Below are positions 40,130-51,570 of a stretch of DNA of 64,000 nt, piece by piece. Source of the stretch: Geosiphon pyriformis uo1 (taxonomy: Eukaryota; Fungi; Glomeromycota); contig JAAOMT010000134.1 of the NCBI GenBank assembly GCA_016748015.1, forward strand, positions 130,757 to 194,756. Direction: 5' to 3'. The notes beneath the pieces were generated by a model. The model was not told where the DNA came from, made no database searches, and worked only from the letters and a program-made list of their open reading frames with translations. Position 1 is the stretch's first letter. Each line of letters starts with the position of its first letter. Both the position numbers and the translations under genes were made by a program.

Positions 40130-41100
40130 TGTTACCAGTAGAATTTTAGCTATTAATTAGCATGAAATCACCCTTATAATTTCTATAATTAATTAATATA
40201 TTAATATCATTTCAAATTATCATTTATTATTTAATCAATTATCACATATCACAATTCAATTAAAATAATTTAATTAGTATAACAGAAAGTAAGATGATCA
40301 AATTATACAATACTCTGAACTTTGTAATATTCAAAAATTCGTCGAAATTTACAGAAATTCGCCGAAATTATGAATAGTTCACCCAAATTAATCAATAGTT
40401 CAGTGAAATAACTTGTAGTTTATCAAAATATATCTTTAATTTGCTGAAATTTGAGCAAAGAAAAAAAGTGCAAGTTCATAGACTAGTACTACAACAAGTT
40501 GTATAAAAGAAGAGCTTTTCTCTTCAAAAAAATGTATCTTACTTTAGATTTATCACTTAAAACCATTCCTACATACACAAAAAGAAATAAATATCAAATA
40601 ATTCGAAAAACCAAATTCTTTAATTATTGCACTTGGAAAATCCTCAAAACCCAACTAACATTTTGAAATTGATTAGCTACCAATTTCAGTAAACTGTTAG
40701 TGACTTCAGGCCTGAATAGAAAACGCTTCCCTTGATAAAATCCTATTTCTTTTACATTTTTTTTATTTTTCTTTTCTTTTCTTATTACAATCATTAGAGT
40801 AGCCTACAGACAAGATTTCTGTAGAAGAGTTGACTTTTACAGCAAAGTAACTACACATTTTTAATGAGCTTTCAGACAAGCAATTCCTGGGAAAGAGTTG
40901 ACATTTACTACAACATAATTACATAAAGTAACTGGCAAGGAATTGGCCATTCTACTTATAAGCCCAGCAGTTCAAATTATAGGAGATAATTTGAAAATAA
41001 ATTCAGTTACTGGAGGTTCAACTACTTCCTGAAAACGTGAATTCACAGCAAATCAACATTACCAACATTTAAGAAAAGAGACCAAAAACCTCTAGTAACA
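40130..41100 (+). repeat. 5' LTR of I (971 bp)
   Basis: tgttacc...gtaaca followed by PBS tttggtgctctcccatgg (41101-41118). Confidence 0.95.
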
Positions 41101-41145
41101 TTTGGTGCTCTCCCATGGAAATAACACAGCAACAACAAATTCAAA

Positions 41146-44100
41146 ATGGTGACCACACCAGACACAGCAACTCTAGAGTATTACCAGTCAATTTACACCC
41201 ACTGCAAGCAAAGATTCAACATTCCAGAAGGAATTGAAGTTGTTAAGAAATCAGTATATTAATACATTAAAAACTGCATCAACAATTATCTTTTTGGAAA
41301 CTACAACATTTCAGAAGTTAGAAGCAATCTCTACAATAATTTGGTGCAATATTCACAATTGGGAACAGAAGACCTGAACAGTGAAACACTTGCTACTTAC
41401 TTCCAAGAACTTAATTTTAACATTATTGAGTATTGTTAAGAAAAATATCCAGTACAGTCTAAATACTCTTTTGACTTTGAATCAGAGACAGAAACAAGCA
41501 ACAAAGGCAAACAAAGATTGAAACAATACTCAAAAACCACTCCAAACACTTCAACACTACAAAAGACACTTGCCAAACACTTGCAAACACCTGAACAAGG
41601 AACTAGTGTCAAATTACTACTTTCTATTACACCATTTCCAATTTCACTTGTTTAACCACAAACACCAAATTCATCACTCAACCACTTCTCCAGACCAGAA
41701 GACTTTCAGTTACCTAGAAACTCTACTCAACAGCAGGAACCAATATCAACAAGTGCCAATATCATTAATTACTTACAGGAAAACGAAAGTAATCATTCAG
41801 AAAGCTTGAAAAGTGAAGAAATTGAATTAAAACCAGAAAAAATTACAGAAAATGAAAAAGAAATGGCAACTGCTTACATTGCAAAAATCCCAGAATTCAC
41901 TGGTGAAGACAATGATACCAGTCCTCAAGAATGGCTTGACAAAGTTCAAAAAGCAGGAAATGCAAATGGTTAGATCACAGCAAGAATGCTCAAAGCAATT
42001 CCCTACTTTTTCCAAGGAACAGCAGAAAAATGGTTTGAAAATTTAGAAGAACCATTTGAAAACTGGCAAGCATTCAAAGATGCTTTTCTACAACAATTCA
42101 CTGACAACAATATCTCTATCACTCTCAGAAACCACTTTTGCAATATTAAACAAGAAACATCTGAAACTGTTATAACCTATCTTGGAAGATTTAACAAACT
42201 TCTCAGACGAATCCAACAATTGGAAACCAATGACTATTATTCTGATGCTCAAGTTCTGGATCAGTTTATAGCAGGGTTAAAAGACAAACTGATTAAAAAA
42301 GTCCGTTCACATGCTCCAGCAGACTTAACAACTGCTATTAGACATGCAAAGAGCTATGAAATGGCAATGAAAGAAGTAAATCACACCAAGCTTGTAAACC
42401 TTGCAATTGGAGAAACCAGCTCAGCAGCTGAAGAGAAGATAGACCAACTCACAAAAAAAGTTGAAAGCTACTTTACAAACCAACAACAACAGCAACAACA
42501 ACCACAAAAATATCAACCTCCACAATAATGCAACCAAAACAATTTTGGATCACCATCCAACAACCAATCTCAAAATTGTCATTATTGTGGAATTCCAGGA
42601 CACTGAAAACGAGATTGTAGAAAATTACAAAGAGACCAACAAAACAGGAGTAATCAACGTTAATCTTCACCATAACAATCCTATTATCAATCTCTATCAC
42701 CAACCTATTATTCACCAAGACCAGCTCCACAACCAATGCAGCAACAATATCAGCAACCTTTACCAATTCAGCCATATCAGACACCACCTACTCAACAATA
42801 TCAAGTACCAGCAAGAAGATTGGTTCAACATAACCAATTCACACCCCAAAATCAATTGCAGAGTAACCACAACAGAATCAATCTAAATAACCAGTTGGTT
42901 CCCCAAAATTCTGGTCAGCAAAGACCCAATTACTATTATACTCAATCCAGTTATCTTACAATACCAGAGGAATCAGATTTTCAACAAACTGCACTTTCTG
43001 AAGGTGAAGTTGTAGCACCAAAATCAAACTCTTCCAACCACACCATTCCACCAGCTCAAATTGCCCAAAATACCAATCTGTCAGATATATTTCCATTTGA
43101 ATTTGAAGCAAATAAATCACTATTTCTGCTTAGTAATGCAGCAGTCAATGAACAGAAAGCAATTACTGTTATGTACACAGAAGCTACAGTAGAAAAAAAA
43201 CCCATTCGCTTAATCTTAAATAGTAGATCAGCTGAAAGTATCATCACTTACCAGCTAATGCAACAACTCAAACGAAATGTAGACAGACCAGCTCAAACAG
43301 TTATTGTTATAGCTGATGGTATGAAGAAGACTCCAGTAGAAAAAATTGATGATTTCCCCTTTACAATTGATGGAATTACCATTTCAGTTAAAGTTCTTAT
43401 TATGGATGCACCCCAATATCAAGCTCTAGTTAGAAATAATTGGCTTTTCAAGGCCAATGCAAACCTGAACTGGGAAACTCAAGAACTTAAAATCTTATAC
43501 CAAGGACAATATATCATAGTACCTGCAACTTGTGGTACCTTTAACAAATGATCAGAAAAAGCTTCAGTATTTGAATTTAAAGAAGAGAAAGAAATACCAC
43601 TCACTGAAACCTACATGGCTTTTGGATTACCATCCAATTAGGCTGAGGAAACAGAACAAAAGATTTTTGAAGAATTAAGGAGATAGAAGAAAGTTAGATA
43701 TTTCACACCAGAACCATGAAAAGAACCACCATACATTCCACTAAAATGCAAAGATTGCAAAAAGAAGCTTTCATCTATGGGAGCCTGTATTTCCCCAGAA
43801 GAGGAATACAAAACTCACACTTGTTACTTCTGCAAGGCATGCCATAGAGAACGATTTGGATCTCCAAAGAGAAATGGAAAATGAGACAAAACTCTTTGCC
43901 TCACATATGGAGAAATGCTACCAGAAGAATGCAATTGGATTAATGTAGCAATGAGATGAAGAGTATATAATCAAACCTGTCAATATGCTCTATCAATTTC
44001 GGAAAAAGTCAGATGAGGAACACTATTTGATGTAACATACAACAGTGCTCTCAATAAACTTTACCACTACTCTCATGATGCTGAAATGATTTTTGACCTA

Positions 44101-46743
44101 GCAATGGCATTGATCAATAGAGCCACCCAAGAAGATGTCTGCCAAATGAAAGAAGCTGAATATATTGAGTATACTATGGAATTAGCTGGATTTGATTATG
44201 AAGATGAAATAGAAACCTACCACCAAATTGCAAGCCACACATATCCAACCAAAAAAGCTCAAATTCAACGATTAGAGCAAATAAACATTCAATTGTGTAA
44301 AGAATGTATTATGCCTTGTGATGACCAATGGTGTTTAGAATGTTATGCTCTTAGCATTCCTCTGCCAGATGAGAATGATGAAAATAAAATCGAATTTGGA
44401 GTATTTGAACTAGTAAAAAAACTACCAACTGCTCCTATCTATCTTCTTGAAAAGCAACCACCTCTACAACTTAAATATTTTGACAACCATGGCCAAGGAA
44501 TTAGACCAGAAAAAGCACACGAAATTGATGCTGGATATGACCTAAGATACCCAGGAAAAGATACTTTGATTCACCAACCAAAGTCCTTGACAAAAATCAA
44601 TCTCAAAATTGCTCTTGAAATTCCACCAGGAGCAATGGTTCAAATTGCCTTCAGATCATTATTGGCAAGCAAAGGAATCAATATTAGAGAAGGAGTTATA
44701 GATGCAGGATATACTGGAGACATTACCATCATGTTACAGAACAAGACAGACAAACCATTCAAAATTGAACATGCTGAAAAAATTGCTCAAGCAATTTACT
44801 TACTCTTAATCAACATTTCGGGATTACAATCAGTAAACAACAGAGAACAATTGGGAAAAAATAAAAGAAGAACTCAAAGTTTTGGTTCAACTGGACGATT
44901 TACAGTTCCAGTAAACATAGCTCTTAATACACAAAATGAATCTCACCAGATTCTTCAACTTCCTCAGCCAATTACCATTTCACCTTTTGGAGAACATTAC
45001 GAAATTTATATTTGCTCAAAACCCACCACTACACAACAAATTTTTGAATCCAATAAACAAATCTGTTTGAAGCATAAAATCTCAATTCCAAACGTTTATA
45101 TTCCCAAAGGAATGAAAAAATGTCAAGTTACATTCTACAACCTCAATAATTATCCTATTGTTTTATTAAACAAACTAAAGATTGGAATCATACACAGTAA
45201 TATTTTTCAAGATGAAAACCCTCAAATTGTCTCTAATTTCATCGAAATTGTAAAGCACACTCTACTCCCAAATCCAAATATCATTCCCACTACTGAAAAC
45301 TACTACTTTTTGGAAGAAAAACTCTCTCAAATCAACATGGGTCTCTTAGAACCTCAACAACAAAGACAATTGAAACAATTGATAGCTGAATTTGCAGATA
45401 TATTTGCAAAAAACAACAATGACTTGGGAAAAACAGACATTGTTTAACATCAGATCCATACAGGAAATGCTCCACCAAAATGTCAACAAGCCTATCGAGT
45501 GCCACCTGCCAGCCACCAATTCATCAGAGAAGAGGTCCAAAGAATGCTCAATAATGGATTGATTCAACCATCAAGAAGTTCTTGGGCCTCACCAGTAGTT
45601 TTAGTTAAAAAGAAAAACGGAAAAATCAGATTCTGTGTTGATTATAGACAACTGAATAGTGTTACAATTGGAGATGCCTATCCTCTTTCAAAAATTGATG
45701 ACATGCTAGATGCTCTAGGAAAAGCCAAGTTCTTCTCAACTTTAGACTTGGAAAGTGGATACTGGCAAGTCGAAATGAACCCAAAAAACCAATCCAAAAC
45801 AGCATTCACCACCCAAGGAGGAAACTATGAGTTCAATGTTATGTCTTTTGAACTCTGCAATGTACCAGCAACATTCCAACAACTCATGGATGTTGTATAT
45901 AAAGAACTCTTATGGCAATCAGTAGTTGTTTACCTTGATGACACTGATGTATACTCACCAAGCTTTGAAGCCTATCTTATTTATCTGCAAGAAGTTTTTC
46001 AATGATTACAGAAAGCAAGATTGAAGTTGAATATTAAAAAATATCACTTTGAAAAAACAAGCTTAATCTTTCTTGAACACATTGTTAGCAAAAATGGAGT
46101 CAAACCAAACCTTGGAACAATTAGTGCTGTTAAAAACTTCTAAACCCCAAAAAATACCACAGAGCTATGAGAATTTGTAGGATTAGCCTTCTATTATCAA
46201 AAATTCATCAAAGGATTCTTAGAAATTGCCAAACCACTCAATTATCTCACCAATAAAAATGTGCCATACAAATAGACTGAAAAACAACAAAAAGCATTTG
46301 AAACTCTTAAAACAAAGCTGACAACAGCCCCAGTTCTTGCTTACTCAGACTTCAACAAATGATTTCAACTAGCCACTGATGTTTCACACATAGTATTTGG
46401 TACCATCTTATCACAAGTAGATGAAAATAGGCAAGAACAATTTATTGCTTATGCTAGTAGAACACTCAAACCAACAGAACTAAAATATGGCTCAACTGAA
46501 TTAGAAGCTGCCACAGTTATTTGGGCTCTTAAACATTTTCAACAATATCTGAAGAATAGAAAAGAATTTGACATAATAACAGACAACATTGGCCTCAAAT
46601 GGCTCAATAAAAAGAAAACTGAACAAAATGCCAAACAGTCTTAATGGAATGACTTCCTAGCAGACTACAGATATATTGTACACTACAAACCAGGAAAACT
46701 ACATACCAATGTTAATAGCCTCTCAAGAATAAGACAAGATTAA
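41146..46743 (+). pseudogene. Gag-PR-Cys-rich-dUTPase-RT-RNase H polyprotein (element I), single frame
   Basis: Track ORFs at 41986, 42736, 44086 and 45499 share one frame; AGYDL/GVIDAGYTG dUTPase; VVYLDD. Confidence 0.93.
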
Positions 46744-46800
46744 TACCAACAACAATTTTATCACAACTTACCAATCTACCAACAAAATAACCAAACAAAA

Positions 46801-48182
46801 ATGGATCCCAGAAATTACAGCAATCTTAAAAATTATTTGGAGACTCTTACCATACCAGAAAACTGGTCTCCAAGTGAAAAACATCATTTACAACACCAAT
46901 CAAAACAATATTTCATACACCAGAACAAAATCTATTATAAAAATCACAAAAACTCAAACCAACCACTCAGATTAGTACAAAAGAATGAAAAAGAAACAAT
47001 TTTATACAACATGTACACAGATCCGTCTTCAGCACACTTGGGAAGAGATGGAACAATTCAAAGAATTCTTGAACATTATTTTTGGCCTCACATGTAAAAA
47101 GACATTCGACAATATGTAGAATTTTGTAATAGTTGTCAAAAAAGAAGAGGAACTTGTCCCACAGAACCTTTAAATCTAATCAAAGTTGGACAATCTTTTG
47201 ACAGAGTTGGAATTGATTTAGTCGGACCATTACCTATCACAACCCAAGGAAATTGTTATATTGCAGTTGTAGTGGATTATTTTACCAAATGGCCTGAAGC
47301 TAGAGCCATCCAAAGAGCAGATGCAAAATCAGCAAATTTTATCTATGAAGACATTATCTGTAGACATAGATGCCCAATTGAACTCTTATCTGATCAAGAA
47401 ACACATTTTGTGAACAACTTGATATAAGAAATTTGTGAACAATTCAATGTCAAAAGACCTCTATCATCACCTTATCACTCTCAAATAAATAGACTTGTAG
47501 AACGTTTCAACAGAACATTGTGTAAATCTCTAGCCAAAGTCTCAACAGACTTTGAGCAGGAATAGAATATCTTTATTCCATCAATGTTACTAACATACAG
47601 AACACTAAAACAAGATACTACGAAACACACACCATTTGATCTTACTTATGGAAGAACAACAACATTACCAATTAATTTCATAGTAGAAACATACCCAGTA
47701 CAACCAATTAATGAAGAAAACTTTCAAGAAACACTCCAAAGAAAAGCCTACACTCTTCTTAGTACACTGAAAGAAAAAAAAAGAATAGCAGCAACTCATA
47801 TTGAACATTCCCAAGCTCAACAAAAAGAAAGACATGACAACAAATTACCAACTATTACCAATGAATTTAAAGTTGGAAATAAAGTTTTCTTACACAGAAC
47901 TAAGGCTGAAAAACAATGGAGTGGGAAATTTGAAAACAAATGGGATGGACCATTTTATATTTACGAAATTCTAGGCAATAAATCATACAAGTTAAGACTT
48001 GATAACAAAATATTAGCAAAAGTTGCACATGGAGACAGATTGAAACACTATCATTTCAGAAACAATCCTGAACTATTAATTCCACAAATTGGTACACATT
48101 CCCTTTAATTAATCCTGAAGATATTCCCCGAAATTTAGAACCAATAATTATAATAGAACAACAACCAAATTTGAATACTTAA
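46801..48182 (+). pseudogene. Integrase (element I)
   Basis: Same as F; frameshift near 48103 in the tail. Confidence 0.92.
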
Positions 48183-48326
48183 ATTTTACAATAATTCTCC
48201 AATAAAAACACAAAGACAAAAATAGTAAATAAATTACAAAAACACCCAAACCCAAAAACAAATAAAAACCCCATATCCCAAAAATAATTTTCTTATTCTC
48301 TCTTTTCATAATTAGTCAATTTTATC

Positions 48327-49034
48327 ATGATTATTCCTCAAAATATTCAACAAATATCCCAAAAGTTAATGTTAGCCTTAAAAACACTTCTTGACTTATC
48401 TATAACGATTAATGAAAGTCAAATTAATTACATTCAGAAAGAAACCACAGCCCTAGTAGCAAATCATTCACAGAACTATCACTTCTATAGAAAAAAAACA
48501 AGAAGTCACTCTGAAAATAGGTTACCAAGACTTTTGAAGCAAGCACTAGAAGAAAATCTTTTAATTGCCCCTATTGACATTCTATCAAATGCTACAATGC
48601 AACAAAAACTTCTACTATTTCTCAATGAACAGAACAATGAACACATCCTTATCTATAAATACTTTCACATTGGAAAGACACTTTATAAACGAAAACTAAA
48701 ACTTGAAGCAACAAATCTCACTCCTAAAGTTATACAAAAACAAATCCACAATGAATTCAAAACAGCAGCTGGACCAACAAACACTCACTACAAACTTAAA
48801 ACAGCTTTTAAACTCTATGATTTGTTTAATACTTGTGAAAATGTTCTACAAAATTCAATACTGCAACCAATGAAAGTCCAATACATTGGCAAACTCACAA
48901 AACTGAAATTTCAACAATTTTCAGACCAGATTACTTCAATTATTTTAGATCACTATCTCAATATTACAGATAGTGCTTGGACTTCAACAGAGCTCAGTTT
49001 TGAGGAGAAGATTATATTACCAGTAGAATTTTAG
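48327..49034 (+). CDS. ORF3 variant c, 235 aa, open; unknown function
   Basis: Uninterrupted ORF between integrase and LTR, conserved in F, motif-level similarity to ORF3 of families 1 and 3. Confidence 0.75.
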   Translation: MIIPQNIQQISQKLMLALKTLLDLSITINESQINYIQKETTALVANHSQNYHFYRKKTRSHSENRLPRLLKQALEENLLIAPIDILSNATMQQKLLLFLNEQNNEHILIYKYFHIGKTLYKRKLKLEATNLTPKVIQKQIHNEFKTAAGPTNTHYKLKTAFKLYDLFNTCENVLQNSILQPMKVQYIGKLTKLKFQQFSDQITSIILDHYLNITDSAWTSTELSFEEKIILPVEF

Positions 49035-50006
49035 CTATTAATTAGCATGAAATTACCCTTATAATTTCTATAATTAATTAGTATATTAATATCATTTCAA
49101 ATTATCATTTATTATTTAATCAATTATCACATATTATAATTCAATCAAAATAATTTAATTAGTATAACAGAAAGTAGGATGATCAAATTATACAATACTC
49201 TGAACTTTGTAATATTCAAAAATTTGCCAAAATTTACAGAAATTCGCCAAAATTTATAAGAAATTCGCCGAAATTATGAATAGTTCACCCAAATTAATCA
49301 ATAGTTCAGCGAAATAACTTGTAATTCATCAAAATGTATCTTTAATTCGCTGAAATTTGAGCAAAGAAAAAAAGTGCAAGTTCATAGACTAGTACTACAA
49401 CAAGTTGTATAAAAGAAGAGCTTTTTTCTTCAAGAAAATGTATCTTACTTTAGATTTATTACTTAGAACCATTCCTACATACACAAAAAGAAATAAATAT
49501 CAAATAATTTGAAAAACCAAATTCTTTAATTATTGCACTTAGAAAATTCTCAAAACCCAACTAACGTTTTGAAATTGATTAGCTACTAATTTCAGTAAAC
49601 TGTTAGTGATTCCAGGTCTGGATAGAAAATGCTTCCCTTGATAAAATCCTATTTCTTTTACATTTTTTTTATTTTTCTTTTCTTTTCTTATTACAATCAT
49701 TAGAGTAGTCTACAGACAAGATTTCTGTAGAAAAGTTGACTTTCACAGCAAAGTAACTACATATTTTTAGTGAGCTTCTAGATAAGCAATTCCTGGGAAA
49801 GAGTTGATGTTTACTACAATGTAATTACATAAAGTAACTGGCAAGGAATTGGCCATTCTACTTATAAGCCCAGCAGTTCAAATTATAGAAGATAATTTGA
49901 AGATAAATTCAGTTACTGGTGGTTCAACTACTTCCTGAGAACGTGAATTTACAGCAAATCAACATTACTAACATTTAAGAAAAGAGACCAAAAACCTCTA
50001 GTAAAA
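49015..50006 (+). repeat. 3' LTR of I (992 bp)
   Basis: Direct repeat of 40130-41100 plus one extra 21-bp unit. Confidence 0.95.
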
Positions 50007-50860
50007 ATGGCAATAGATACATTATCACAGTTATCAACTATCTTACAAAGTAAGTAAAAGCAAGAGCCACCCCAAACCAAACAGCAGTCTCAATAGCCAA
50101 TTTTATTTATAAAGATATTATTTGTTATTATAACTGCTCCAAAGAACTTTTATTTGATAAAGAAAGAGCTTTTCTCAGTACACTGATTGAAAAACTTTGT
50201 AAAAAAATGGGAATACATCACAAACTTTTCTTTCCTTACCACCTTCAAACAAATGGTCTAGTGGAATATTTTAATAAAACACTATGTGAAACCTTAGCCA
50301 AAACCAGTAAAGAAACAAACTTATAAAACAAAGTGCTGTCTTTAGCTTTGTTTACTTATAGAACTGTGAATTATAACATAACAAGTTATGAATTTTTTTA
50401 TCTGCTTTATAGACACATAGCAATACTACCAATAAAAACTAACATTAAGACAATACATTTTAAAAAGATCACAATAGGAAATTACAAAGACATTTTGCAA
50501 AAAAAACTTGGTATTATTCTTGACTTCTTGGTAGAAGCATAAATAATTGCTTTTGAAAAGATAAAACAGTTCCAAAAAAAGCTTAAAAAAAAAACTTATA
50601 AAACACTTTTTTTAAGTATTGATGACTTGGTATTGGAATATTGTTCAGACAGAGACAATGTCTATAGTAATAAATTTTCTAGTTAGTGAAAAAAATCTTT
50701 TATAGTCAACAAAGTTTTGAATAATAGTTTTTATATTCTTTAAGATCAATTTAAAACAATCTTTAATGATCATTTTGTTCATAATACACGATTCAAGAAA
50801 TATTATAAACAACCTAATTGGTTGTTTGTTATAATAATACTGATCTAAATGATCAGCAAA
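50007..50860 (+). pseudogene. Integrase 3' part (element H)
   Basis: GNRYIITVINYLTK, YHLQTNGLVEYFNKTLC. Confidence 0.8.
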
Positions 50861-51000
50861 AATCAAGTATAAATAAATGCACCATTCCCAAAACAGAGGT
50901 ATCTTCAATCAACATGAATAATTATTTTCTAAATCAAAACATTTAAAACATCTTTTATACTTTCAATGAATATTGGATCAAAAACTATTCAAATGCTACT

Positions 51001-51570
51001 TTGACTATTGAAAAACAAACCACTATAACTGATAACAATAAAATACATACTGTTATTAAACCAAAAAAAACCACTACCAAAAGAGAAAAAATTGGTAGCA
51101 AAATAGATAAATATCTATTAGAAAGTATAATAGCAGCTATACTTTCATCTTCTAACACAATTGAAAAAACAATTCAAAAAATCTTGCCCATAAACAAAAA
51201 TTTGTTATATGGAAGGCAATTAGAACTCTATGATTGTCTTGGAGAAATTATAAAGGATATGAAATTCATGAAGAAAACAACTTCAGAGATACAGACAGAA
51301 ATTTTGGGCATTATACAGTTAGATGTCCCAAGAGTTTTAACTATTGCTAAAAGAACCAAAACTCTAATACAAAAATTTGGTCTCTTGAATACAAAACTCA
51401 TTTCACTTCAAGTATTATATACCCTATCCACAAAAAACTTCAACAAACTAATTAGTTTTGAGTTAGATAAAACTTTTCAAATAGATTATATCATGAATAG
51501 CTTGATTTTGCTGAAGCTCAATCTCTTTGAAGAGAATGATATTATGGTTGAAACCTATACTTCTTATTAA
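51001..51570 (+). pseudogene. ORF3 variant d, element H (true start probably upstream, about 50877)
   Basis: 189-aa open frame between integrase and LTR with YDCLG, AKRTKTL and ISLQVLYTLSTKNFNKL blocks. Confidence 0.6.

Larger units (their letters stand above)
40130..50006 (+). mobile_element. Element I: full-length family-2 element with 4-bp TSD ATGG
   Basis: LTRs 40130-41100 and 49015-50006; ATGG at 40126-40129 and 50007-50010; close inverted copy of F. Confidence 0.95.

Noticed and set aside
47860-48182. Chromodomain at the integrase C-terminus
   Set aside because: The segment is the GPY/F module plus a short tail; no chromodomain aromatic pattern.
48327-49034. ORF3 as an envelope gene
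   Set aside because: Short and hydrophilic, with no signal peptide, fusion peptide or transmembrane anchor.
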